Shown one piece after another: positions 9,709 to 17,315 of a stretch of DNA of 46,895 nt (within the stretch, counting starts at the first letter, position 1; every line of letters starts with the position of its first letter). The notes beneath the pieces are model-generated. The model was not told where the DNA came from, did no database searches, and saw nothing but the letters and a program-made list of their open reading frames with translations. The stretch comes from a virus. Lineage: Duplodnaviria; Caudoviricetes. A program made the position numbers and the translations under genes. The stretch is from IMG/VR virus record IMGVR_UViG_3300043707_000079, positions 1 through 46,895 of that record. The stretch is one strand, 5' to 3'.

Positions 9709-10267
9709 TCGCTTCCTCCTTGGCGCTGGCTGGTGCCGCGCCGGCTGCGTTGATGTCGGCTACGGTGCCGTCGTTTACGTCCATCGAGAAGTACTGACCG
9801 CTCGTTGGCGCAGGAAGAATCTGGGGCAGCGGCGTTACCATCGGACGCAAGAGCGCGGCCACGAGCGTCGGGGTTCCGCCCCGCGACACCTGCCAGTCGA
9901 ACTGCCGCTGAGTGTAGGCAACGCCCGCGGCGAACAGGCGCAGACAGTCGGGCTGACCGCACCAGGTAATGAGCGCGTTCGGCGTGACGTTGGTGAGTGC
10001 GCGGCAGCCGCAAGCCCATACCGTCTCGTTGACTGCGGTTGTCCAGGTTCTTACTCCCAGTGCTGGCGTTGACATGGGCATTGCTCCTTTTTCTTCGGGC
10101 TCTTCTCGAGCCGGAACTTCATCGGCGGGTTCAGGCGCAGGAGGTACATCGTGCTCGGGCTCCGGGGGCTCCTTACCAGCCTTTCCGGTGTCTTTCTTCG
10201 GTTTCGGGTCCGGTTCCGGCTTCGCCTTCCCCGGCTCCTTTTTGGGCTTCGGTTTGCGCTTGAGCAC
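9668..10267 (-). CDS. Hypothetical protein with Lys/Pro-rich N-terminus and WACGCR Cys domain
   Basis: G/C-ending codons in this frame from GTG 10267 (GAGG RBS); possible internal start at MPMST with AAGGAG. Confidence 0.55.
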   Translation of the reverse strand: MLKRKPKPKKEPGKAKPEPDPKPKKDTGKAGKEPPEPEHDVPPAPEPADEVPAREEPEEKGAMPMSTPALGVRTWTTAVNETVWACGCRALTNVTPNALITWCGQPDCLRLFAAGVAYTQRQFDWQVSRGGTPTLVAALLRPMVTPLPQILPAPTSGQYFSMDVNDGTVADINAAGAAPASAKEEANDTSSRTSRTRST

Positions 10268-10454
10268 CTGCTGCCTCTGCTTGTTCCTGCTTCTGCCTGA
10301 AGCACACATTCGAGTGCGGCGGTCTATCGACCATGAAGCTCTTATCGGTCTGCGCCGCGACCGAGCACAGGCGGACGATAGTGCCGCCTACTTCCCGGCA
10401 GCCGCAGGACCATTCTCTTTCGTGGACGAGCTCTCCGATTGGTGCCGTTGCCAT
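10173..10454 (-). CDS. Hypothetical protein with WSCGCR Cys domain
   Basis: Strong AGGAGG RBS; Cys motif paralogous to 9668-10267. Confidence 0.55.
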   Translation of the reverse strand: MATAPIGELVHEREWSCGCREVGGTIVRLCSVAAQTDKSFMVDRPPHSNVCFRQKQEQAEAAGAQAQTEAQKGAGEGEAGTGPETEERHRKGW

Positions 10455-10786
10455 TCCCGGTCCTCCTTCTGGTTGTGCAGCCTCAACGCCTCTAAAAAAG
10501 TGGCTTCGCCCGAAGGCACCTCAAGCGTAGAGGACTGGGGCCTGGGGGCCGCGCCAGCGGCCCAGGCCCTTCCTGCCTGAGTGGCCTGGGGCCAGACGGC
10601 AAGCTCGAGCTTCTCGATCTTCTTGCAGAGCAAATCTTTCTCTGCTTTCATGTAGCGAATCTCTGCCTGATATTCGAGGCGCGCGCGGACGAGCTCGGCT
10701 TCGAGGAAGCGCACATGCCTTGAAGTGAATAACTGCTCGATGAAACTTCGTATGCGCGAGCCTATTGGCTTGGGGGCTTCCTGCAT
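10388..10786 (-). CDS. Coiled-coil hypothetical protein
   Basis: 132 aa, first gene after TerL. Confidence 0.65.
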   Translation of the reverse strand: MQEAPKPIGSRIRSFIEQLFTSRHVRFLEAELVRARLEYQAEIRYMKAEKDLLCKKIEKLELAVWPQATQAGRAWAAGAAPRPQSSTLEVPSGEATFLEALRLHNQKEDREWQRHQSESSSTKENGPAAAGK

Positions 10787-10844
10787 GTTACACTTCGCTC
10801 ATAGCGAAGTTTGAAAAGCATAGAGCTTGTCCTTTACGGCCATG

Positions 10845-10871
10845 AGGCCATCCCGCCAGGATGGCCTTTTT
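10845..10871 (+). terminator. Hairpin with T-tract (intrinsic terminator oriented for plus-strand transcripts)
   Basis: AGGCCATCC-CGCCA-GGATGGCCT-TTTT. Confidence 0.45.
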
Positions 10872-12444
10872 ACTGCACGGTCTCATTGAGCTCGGTCATC
10901 CGCGCCTGCCACGAAGGCGTTGCGCGTTCGCGCTTCTCGCCCTCGCGCATCTTCGTATGCTCTTTGTACAGGAAGAAAAACCTTTCGGTTTCATCCTGAA
11001 TCGCCATGGCCTGCTCACGTAATCTCAACTCAGCCGGCTTGAAGGACGACCCGCACATGAACTGAAGGCCCATACTGGCGCCGTCGTAAGGGTCGTCGCC
11101 TATGCCGTTCTCGTCGTAGTCGATCTTCCTCACGTCTTCGGTGTTATTGGGGTCGCGGATCAGAGTAGGCAGGCATTCGATCAGGCGCGGGCAGTCCTCG
11201 CAGATGTGCCAGTAAAAGGAATCCAGCATCTGAGAGACGAGGCGGGCGCGCGAGATGCGCGTGCCTGGACTCGAATCGGTGGGAAACGCGCGCGGCACGC
11301 CCGGCCCCAGGGATTCGTTCACCATGCTCAAGATGGACTTGGGCGCCTTGCGCTGCGAGCGCGGCGACTGCCGGCCGGCGTCCCAGGAGAACGGGAAGGC
11401 GATATACTTCTCGCCCGCGCAGAGTTCGGTGATGCGCTTGCCGAGTTCCTCTTCGTTCATCTGCCGCGACCACTGCTCGCCCCAGGTGACGACGTGCCCC
11501 TTTTCGTCTATCGAGTGCTTATAGACAGCGTGCGGGTGGTCGTAGCCCCAGTCTCCGGAGAGCCACTTCTTGTGCCAGGGGCGGATGCGCTCGTGCAGCT
11601 CTTTGGTCGAGATTACGTGCCTCTCTCTTGAGAACTGGGGGAAATACTGACCAAGAAACACGTCCCAGCTTCCGAAAAGCCAGGCATCTCGTAAATTGGA
11701 ATCGGTAAGCGACGCAAGTTTACTACCGTATTCACTACGGAGAAAGTACTCGCGGCGCTCGAGGTCACTCCACGAGTAGAAGGTGGGAGTATCAATTCCA
11801 TCGTTCTCGAGCTCCTTCTTCACCCACTCGACGTTATCCCAGCTCATCGCCTGGATGAAGGCCCACTTCTTCTTCTTCTCGGATTCTTCAAGCCGCTTCT
11901 CGACAAACACGCGCTTGAGATACTGAAGCCCCTTCGGCGGAACGCCGGATTCTGAAAACCCCGGCATGAAGGTCATCACCATCTTCGGCATGAGCTTGCG
12001 GTTAGAGGTACTGCGGTTGGAACCGCGGAGGCGTTCTATCTCGCCCTGCGAGAAGTCCTGGCACTCATCAACCAGGATGTCCGCGAACTCGGAGGAATAG
12101 AACGCGGCCATGTCGCCCTCGTGCTCGGCCGAACCCATGAAGAGCTTCGAGTTACCGGGAAGCCTGAGCTCCTTGTGGCTCTCGCGCCAGCCGTCCTGCA
12201 ACTGGGGAAACTCCTCGAAGAGCTTGGTAATGTGTGATTTGTATAAATCCGTGTAGGTGCGGCGGAGGATCAGGCCGGTCGTTCCCGCGTATTTCAGGCG
12301 CCGCATCAGCATACAGCGCCTTCCGCCGCCCGACTTCGCCCCGCCCCGCGCCCCGCCGTAGCCGATTTCCGCCGTCTCCTGGTCGTCCCAGAGCGTCCAC
12401 AACTGCTTCTGCTTGGGCTGGAGCTGGATTTTGAGCTCGTTCAT
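10870..12444 (-). CDS. terL: Terminase large subunit
   Basis: Q motif LQPKQ, Walker A GGARGGAKS, Walker B ILVDE, nuclease GDWGY and DDPYDG; start moved to ATG 12444, which overlaps the upstream TGA. Confidence 0.95.
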   Translation of the reverse strand: MNELKIQLQPKQKQLWTLWDDQETAEIGYGGARGGAKSGGGRRCMLMRRLKYAGTTGLILRRTYTDLYKSHITKLFEEFPQLQDGWRESHKELRLPGNSKLFMGSAEHEGDMAAFYSSEFADILVDECQDFSQGEIERLRGSNRSTSNRKLMPKMVMTFMPGFSESGVPPKGLQYLKRVFVEKRLEESEKKKKWAFIQAMSWDNVEWVKKELENDGIDTPTFYSWSDLERREYFLRSEYGSKLASLTDSNLRDAWLFGSWDVFLGQYFPQFSRERHVISTKELHERIRPWHKKWLSGDWGYDHPHAVYKHSIDEKGHVVTWGEQWSRQMNEEELGKRITELCAGEKYIAFPFSWDAGRQSPRSQRKAPKSILSMVNESLGPGVPRAFPTDSSPGTRISRARLVSQMLDSFYWHICEDCPRLIECLPTLIRDPNNTEDVRKIDYDENGIGDDPYDGASMGLQFMCGSSFKPAELRLREQAMAIQDETERFFFLYKEHTKMREGEKRERATPSWQARMTELNETVQ

Positions 12445-12755
12445 GGCTGCGAGGCGTCCCGCCACATCTGGAGGATTTCGGAGTTCGTGTGCGCGCCCGG
12501 GGGCTTCGGTGAGACCGGCTTCTCGTCTTTATCTCTGTCCCTATCTTTATTATATGTGCGTCCCGCGAGCGGCTCATAGGGGGCAATGGTGATTACGCGG
12601 TCGGCAAAGGAAGCCTCGGCGGTCAGCCGGCCGCCGAGCGCCTCGATGAGCCTCTCAAGCTGATTGAGTTTCATCTTGCGCCAGAGCTTCAGCTCCCTGA
12701 CGGTGATCGAGTTCCCGGTGCGCTCTTCCTTCCTAATCGCTGCAATCCTCGGCAA
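12441..12755 (-). CDS. Hypothetical protein
   Basis: 104 aa, translationally coupled to TerL. Confidence 0.6.
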   Translation of the reverse strand: MPRIAAIRKEERTGNSITVRELKLWRKMKLNQLERLIEALGGRLTAEASFADRVITIAPYEPLAGRTYNKDRDRDKDEKPVSPKPPGAHTNSEILQMWRDASQP

Positions 12756-13134
12756 TCTCTCTCTCCTCTTCCGGAGGTTTCGCGAGCATCTTCGGCGGCG
12801 GGAGCCTCTCGCCTTCGATGGTTATAGTTTCCGGCTGGCGCTCGCCTATGTACTCGACTACCAGCTTGAAGGGCTTGTCCTGCGAGAAGGACATCTCCTG
12901 GCGGGGGAGCCCGTAGGCACGGGAGGCGAGCGCGTTGAAGGCGGAGGACTCGCCCTTGTTCACCTGGCGGGAGAAGGCTTCATAAATCTGCTCGCGGTTG
13001 CCGACAAAGACGGCGTTCGCTATCTCGGCGGCCCAGTCCTTTTTGAGCTTCAGCTCCTTCGCGAGCATCTTCTCGACTTCCTTGAGCGTCAGCTTCGGGC
13101 GGTACTTGCGGTCCCAGAACTCGGCGACACTCAT
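12733..13134 (-). CDS. Putative terminase small subunit
   Basis: Upstream of TerL; ALASRAYGLPRQEM segment resembles TerS C-termini; start may lie further upstream (13227). Confidence 0.5.
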   Translation of the reverse strand: MSVAEFWDRKYRPKLTLKEVEKMLAKELKLKKDWAAEIANAVFVGNREQIYEAFSRQVNKGESSAFNALASRAYGLPRQEMSFSQDKPFKLVVEYIGERQPETITIEGERLPPPKMLAKPPEEEREIAEDCSD

Positions 13135-13226
13135 CTTCTGGCCGACCGGCGATTGCGGGTTGAGGCCGCCCCAGACGCCGTTAGGCCCGCGCTGCCCGAT
13201 TTTGACGCCGTTGGTGCGGCTGATAA

Positions 13227-13472
13227 TCAGTTCTCCCAGTGGAAACGCGCGTACTTGCGCGCCGGGTTCGGGTCCTCGAAAACGAGGCCGGGAAGTTCCG
13301 CCGGCGGCAGGAGCTCCCCGGTCTCAGGCGGTGAGGTGCACAGTTGAATGCCTACGAACCTTCCCTGGTCGTAGACCTCTCGCGCGCGCTTCTCGCGTAT
13401 CAGGCTTATGGCTTCGCGGGTAAGTATCCACATCGAAGAATTAAGGATGAGGATTTTGTGGGGAAGGGACAC
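13227..13472 (-). CDS. Hypothetical protein
   Basis: 81 aa, first ORF of the packaging operon. Confidence 0.5.
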   Translation of the reverse strand: MSLPHKILILNSSMWILTREAISLIREKRAREVYDQGRFVGIQLCTSPPETGELLPPAELPGLVFEDPNPARKYARFHWEN

Positions 13473-13694
13473 GAAAGGACTGAGTACAGCATTCCCTTAT
13501 GGACAGAGAAACCCGCAGCAGGCGTCTGAGGTCAGATTAGCACGGGTGTCAAGAATCGGGTGATCGCTGTAGCCCGTCCCGGCTATTTGCAGTTTCAGGA
13601 GCCGGAGGTTACCTTATTTGTGTGCCGCGGCATTTCTTCGGGGGAAGGATTTGCCTCAAGCGGCGCGGCGTTCCTCGGAGGCATGGGAACGCCT

Positions 13695-13769
13695 TTATTT
13701 TGTCGCCCGCCAGACGAGCACCAGCCACGCGAGGACCGCGCCCAGGAGAAAACACAGGAAGTAGAGCAT
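13695..13769 (-). CDS. 24 aa single-transmembrane peptide (not in ORF track)
   Basis: MLYFLCFLLGAVLAWLVLVWRATK, starts right after the upstream stop. Confidence 0.45.
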   Translation of the reverse strand: MLYFLCFLLGAVLAWLVLVWRATK

Positions 13770-13770
13770 T

Positions 13771-14001
13771 TCAATAGCCCGCGTCCGTAAACCACTCGCG
13801 CCTCAAATCCGACCAGCGGTCGTACTCTGAAAACGCCTCCCAGGTGAATGTGGGAATCCGCAGGAGCGCGGCCGCCCTCTGGTTCAAAGTCTCAAGCCTC
13901 AGAATCTGGTCGTTCAACTGCATAATCTCCATCGCCGCGGCCTTGCGAACGTTAGCCAGTTCATCGTCAGTCACTTCTAAAATCCGCTGTCCTTCAGCCA
14001 C
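13771..14001 (-). CDS. RAAxLLR...WxxDAG family protein 4
   Basis: C-terminus QRAAALLR...WFTDAGY. Confidence 0.7.
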   Translation of the reverse strand: MAEGQRILEVTDDELANVRKAAAMEIMQLNDQILRLETLNQRAAALLRIPTFTWEAFSEYDRWSDLRREWFTDAGY

Positions 14002-14351
14002 TGGTCGCGCCGTTTGTACCAGCCATCTTCGCTTTCAGCAATGAAGACAGATTTCGGTTCGCGCAGCAACTCGGCAGCCCTCTGAAGCAACTCCTTAGCT
14101 TCAAGTTGTTTCGATTGAATTCCACTAGGCTCACAGATATGTGAATAACTTCCGTCTGCGGGTTCCCGAATTATTTCCGTCCACAAGCCATCCCGTTCGA
14201 TCAGTACTACGGTATGATCGGGCTCTCTTCGGAGCCAAATGCCTTCCACGTTTATCCTCTGCAAACCGACTCTTCTTTTCACGCCCATTGCAGCTCCGTA
14301 GTGGTGGCGCATGAACCGCTCGCTCACTGGCCCGTGAGGTTTATCGCTCAT
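13977..14351 (-). CDS. RAAELLR...WLxDxG family protein 3
   Basis: C-terminus QRAAELLR...WLKDSGF; start moved to ATG 14351. Confidence 0.7.
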   Translation of the reverse strand: MSDKPHGPVSERFMRHHYGAAMGVKRRVGLQRINVEGIWLRREPDHTVVLIERDGLWTEIIREPADGSYSHICEPSGIQSKQLEAKELLQRAAELLREPKSVFIAESEDGWYKRRDQWLKDSGF

Positions 14352-14595
14352 AAAACCCCGCATCCTTCAACCACTTTTCACGCTTCACATGCCAGTCCAG
14401 AAATTTGCTTATCGACTTGAAGTCGTCCTGTTTCAGGCGCAGTAACTCGGCGGCCTGTTTGAGAAGTATTGTTTGCTGTTGGGCTAGACCGATGAGATCA
14501 TCTATATCCCGAATAGCAGTACGAAGGTGTTCCCAGGATTCTTCCGCAAATGCCCGCTTTTCTGCATCCAGCATCTCGCTCATTTTTAGGCTCAT
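14341..14595 (-). CDS. xAAELLR...WLxDAG family protein 2
   Basis: C-terminus KQAAELLR...WLKDAGF; start moved to the ATGA overlap at 14595. Confidence 0.7.
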   Translation of the reverse strand: MSLKMSEMLDAEKRAFAEESWEHLRTAIRDIDDLIGLAQQQTILLKQAAELLRLKQDDFKSISKFLDWHVKREKWLKDAGFYER

Positions 14596-14849
14596 TTCTC
14601 CATCCCCGCATCCCGCAGCCACCGCTGTGCGCTCAATTGCCACTCTGTCCAGTCAATCGCTCTCTCATCCAGGAGGTCACCAACCACAGAGCGCAGCAAC
14701 TCGGCGGCCCGCTCTATCAGCTCCACAAATTTCTCCGCGTCCCGCACAAACTCCTTGACCTGAAAGGGAACCTCCGCCAGTTGCTTCTCAGCCTCGGCCA
14801 GCCGGCAAATCAGCACCTCGACCTGCGCGTCGTCATAAGTCTGGCTCAA
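14592..14849 (-). CDS. RAAELLR...WLxDAG family protein 1
   Basis: C-terminus ERAAELLR...WLRDAGM. Confidence 0.7.
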   Translation of the reverse strand: MSQTYDDAQVEVLICRLAEAEKQLAEVPFQVKEFVRDAEKFVELIERAAELLRSVVGDLLDERAIDWTEWQLSAQRWLRDAGMEK

Positions 14850-15075
14850 TTCCTCTCTCCTTCACCCGCCTGACGGCCTCGGCGAGCGTTCCCGAGACCA
14901 GTTTCTGGCTGATTACGACAGCCAGATACTGGCCCAGATTACTCCACCAGGGCTCGACTTCGCGAGGAGTTTTCTTGAGCGTCGAATCCACGCCGGCGTA
15001 TCCCAGCTGGTAGCTGACCACCGCAGCCAGCAGCCGCCGGCCAAGTTCGTTATAGGCACTGGCGTCATCGCTCAC
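14833..15075 (-). CDS. Hypothetical protein
   Basis: GTG start overlapping the upstream TGA, GGAGG RBS. Confidence 0.6.
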   Translation of the reverse strand: MSDDASAYNELGRRLLAAVVSYQLGYAGVDSTLKKTPREVEPWWSNLGQYLAVVISQKLVSGTLAEAVRRVKERGIEPDL

Positions 15076-15347
15076 GGCCGCCTCCCGTGAGCCTGAGCCC
15101 ATGCCCGCGACAGGTTGAAATCCTTCTCCGTCTCAAACCACTCTATGACCACCTCATCCCCATCCTCGTAAATCAACGCCCCCCAGGCATCTCCGGCCGG
15201 CGCTTCGTCCACCTCCGGAAGCGAGATGAACCAGTAACTGCGCCCGTCGAGACTCACCGGCTGAACCACTTTCTGCCGGATCAGGTTCCACATCTTCGGC
15301 ACACAGGCGTGCTCCCCGGTAAACGGCGGCCTTATCAATTCGCTCAT
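15072..15347 (-). CDS. Hypothetical protein
   Basis: GGAGGTG RBS before ATG 15347. Confidence 0.6.
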   Translation of the reverse strand: MSELIRPPFTGEHACVPKMWNLIRQKVVQPVSLDGRSYWFISLPEVDEAPAGDAWGALIYEDGDEVVIEWFETEKDFNLSRAWAQAHGRRP

Positions 15348-15452
15348 AAAAACCACCTCCGGGCGAGAAAGCTATGCCCCACCCCGATTGTGCGCCTACT
15401 GTCAATCCATACAGCGAAAAAAAGGTGAACGAGCGAGCCAAACGGGTGTATA

Positions 15453-15854
15453 GTGCGAGTGGTGACGGAAGAAGAGTACCGTCTGGGGAAGCTCGACCTC
15501 CGGGGCGACAGACTGCCGGGAGGCTTCGAGCGCAAACGCGCCCACCTCACCGACAAAGGCTATCAGCAGTGGAGGCTGTGGCAGATGAACCACTCAAGAG
15601 GCAAACTCACCGCGACCTACCAGTTCTCGCCGCTAGAGCCCCCCTCGAAGCCCCAGCCGGTCGACAAATGGGGTCCCAGCAGCAAATGGCTCTCCTCGAT
15701 CTACCCCGACCAGCCCTCCCGCTGGGCGAAAGAACCTGCCCGCAAGCCGCTCCGGGACCACACCCTGAAGGCTTCCGAGTGGATTCGCAACGAAGAAGAG
15801 CGCAGAAAGCGCATACGCAGGCGCAACAACAAGCAGGCCAAGCCGGTGCACTGA
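15453..15854 (+). CDS. Basic hypothetical protein
   Basis: 133 aa ORF with G/C-ending codons, divergent from the minus-strand block; start uncertain. Confidence 0.45.
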   Translation: MRVVTEEEYRLGKLDLRGDRLPGGFERKRAHLTDKGYQQWRLWQMNHSRGKLTATYQFSPLEPPSKPQPVDKWGPSSKWLSSIYPDQPSRWAKEPARKPLRDHTLKASEWIRNEEERRKRIRRRNNKQAKPVH

Positions 15855-15941
15855 GCCCAGGTTTGCCGCCATTTTCCGAGAGCGCGGGAGCAATCCCCAA
15901 CGCTCAGAGGGGCAACACCTAGACTTGGCGAACATACTTTC

Positions 15942-15961
15942 AAAAAAGCGCGCAACGCGCT
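15942..15961 (-). terminator. Intrinsic terminator
   Basis: Minus strand AGCGCG-TTG-CGCGCT followed by a T-run. Confidence 0.5.
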
Positions 15962-16119
15962 AAAGGCTAGCGTTTGCCTGTACTACCCAATACTCGCCAC
16001 GGAGAATCGAACCACCGCAGTCCGCAGCGGCGGAATTTTCCCGGCGCCGCTACCCCCCTTTGAAAGTCCCGGTCGGCTGGCAGCCACGCTTAGGGCTTGC
16101 GCGGCCCCCGGGGGCTCTC

Positions 16120-16276
16120 CTGTCAGTTTTGACAGGGGGGGCCTGTCAGAAGTAACAGGCCGGCTCGAGCCAGGCTGTCAGAACTGACAGGGGTCGAGAC
16201 AACCGCGACGTGTTATCAGCGAGTTACGCGCCGGCCTGGCTGTCAGTATTGACAGGTCCCCTGTCAGAAACGACAG
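16120..16276. repeat. Five 16-bp palindromic sites, CTGTCAG-N3-YRACAG
   Basis: Copies at 16120, 16143, 16175, 16240 and 16261. Confidence 0.85.
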
Positions 16277-16438
16277 TGGCATTAAGGTGCCACGCAAGAG
16301 GGTCGGCGCAAAGGTTAGAGCAAACCCTTAGAGCACAGAGCACAAATGGTTAAGCGAAGGAAAGCGCAGAGGGTTGCGCTGGTTTCGCGTGGGGCAAGGT
16401 GCCGCTCGCATCTTTTTGTATGTGAGCTCATTATTCTC

Positions 16439-16466
16439 TTGACATATGGTGCGCACCATTTAGACT
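16439..16466 (+). promoter_or_regulatory. Sigma70-type early promoter with a palindromic operator in its spacer
   Basis: TTGACA-16 bp-TAGACT; perfect palindrome ATGGTGCGCACCAT at 16446-16459; ATG 6 nt after the -10 (leaderless). Confidence 0.7.
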
Positions 16467-16472
16467 CATTAC

Positions 16473-16670
16473 ATGACAATCACAATCGAGCACCTTGGAT
16501 ACGGAATCTCAAGAATCGGAAAGCGCAACGTTGGTTATGCCGACGTGGCAGCTGTCTACACAAAAGACGGCGACAATTGGACGGTGGAAGTGCAAGCGAC
16601 AAACGTAGTGGATTCGAACGATCTTGAGCGGATGGTCGCCGAGTTCCGCAAAGCCGAAGGATTGGACTAG
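16473..16670 (+). CDS. Early hypothetical protein (leaderless)
   Basis: 65 aa, directly after the promoter, no RBS. Confidence 0.65.
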   Translation: MTITIEHLGYGISRIGKRNVGYADVAAVYTKDGDNWTVEVQATNVVDSNDLERMVAEFRKAEGLD

Positions 16671-16676
16671 CGCAGT

Positions 16677-16744
16677 GATTAGCCTTGTTCGAGCTCCTGA
16701 GTCGAGGAGCTCTCTAGAAAGCTAATCTCTTACCAGAGAAGGAG
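16677..16744 (+). repeat. Intergenic module 1 (type A hairpin + ACC-loop hairpin + AGGAG)
   Basis: TAGCCTT-GTTC-GAGCTCCT...AGGAGCTC-TCTAG-AAAGCTA; TCTCT-TACC-AGAGA-AGGAG. Confidence 0.85.
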
Positions 16745-16752
16745 AAAACAGA

Positions 16753-17019
16753 ATGCGGTTAAGCAAAGCGGAAAAAAACCAACTGAAAGCTAAGAGACTC
16801 GCGCAGCTGCGCGAGAACCTCGCTATTGTGCGCAGGGGAACCTGCCCGACGTGCGGAACCAAACTCTACAGGAACCTTGCGCTAACAGGATGGTTTCAAT
16901 GCGGACATCTGGGAGCACCCGGATTCAAAGCTGAAGCGAGCTCTGAGAACTGCGATTATCAGATGTTCTATGACCCGACCGAGTCCGAACGCCAGATTCT
17001 CTTCGCGGAGGGGAACTAA
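16753..17019 (+). CDS. Early zinc-ribbon protein
   Basis: CPTCG...QCGH...C; AGGAG RBS. Confidence 0.75.
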   Translation: MRLSKAEKNQLKAKRLAQLRENLAIVRRGTCPTCGTKLYRNLALTGWFQCGHLGAPGFKAEASSENCDYQMFYDPTESERQILFAEGN

Positions 17020-17231
17020 TGACACTCAACGAAGCAGAAAAGACGCTCATGAGTGCGCTCAGGTACTTACGCTTGCAATACGATGGGTGCGAATGCTTTA
17101 AGAAGTCGGCCGACATCCTGCTATTCGGGATAAAGGTAATCAGGAACGAACGCCAGCGCGTTTTGAATGCCGAATTTGCAACGCGGGATTATGCATGCAT
17201 TGGAAACGGCATATACGTGAGAACCCGTTAG
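17019..17231 (+). CDS. Early hypothetical protein
   Basis: 70 aa, TAATG coupling to the upstream gene. Confidence 0.6.
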   Translation: MTLNEAEKTLMSALRYLRLQYDGCECFKKSADILLFGIKVIRNERQRVLNAEFATRDYACIGNGIYVRTR

Positions 17232-17309
17232 CCTTGTTCGAGCTCAGGTTAACCTGAGCTCTATGGAAGGCTAAAAACCTTTACATCAAGCGCTTACCAA
17301 GCGCAGGAG
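17228..17309 (+). repeat. Intergenic module 2 (type A)
   Basis: TAGCCTT-GTTC-GAGCTCAGGTTAACCTGAGCTC-TATGG-AAGGCTA; GCGCTT-ACC-AAGCGC-AGGAG. Confidence 0.85.
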
Positions 17310-17315
17310 AATACC

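Noticed and set aside
15377-15405. Minus-strand TTGACA promoter
   Set aside because: No acceptable -10 hexamer at 16-18 bp spacing.
16120-16276. CRISPR mini-array
   Set aside because: Repeats are only 16 bp with irregular 5-49 bp gaps, and no cas genes are present.
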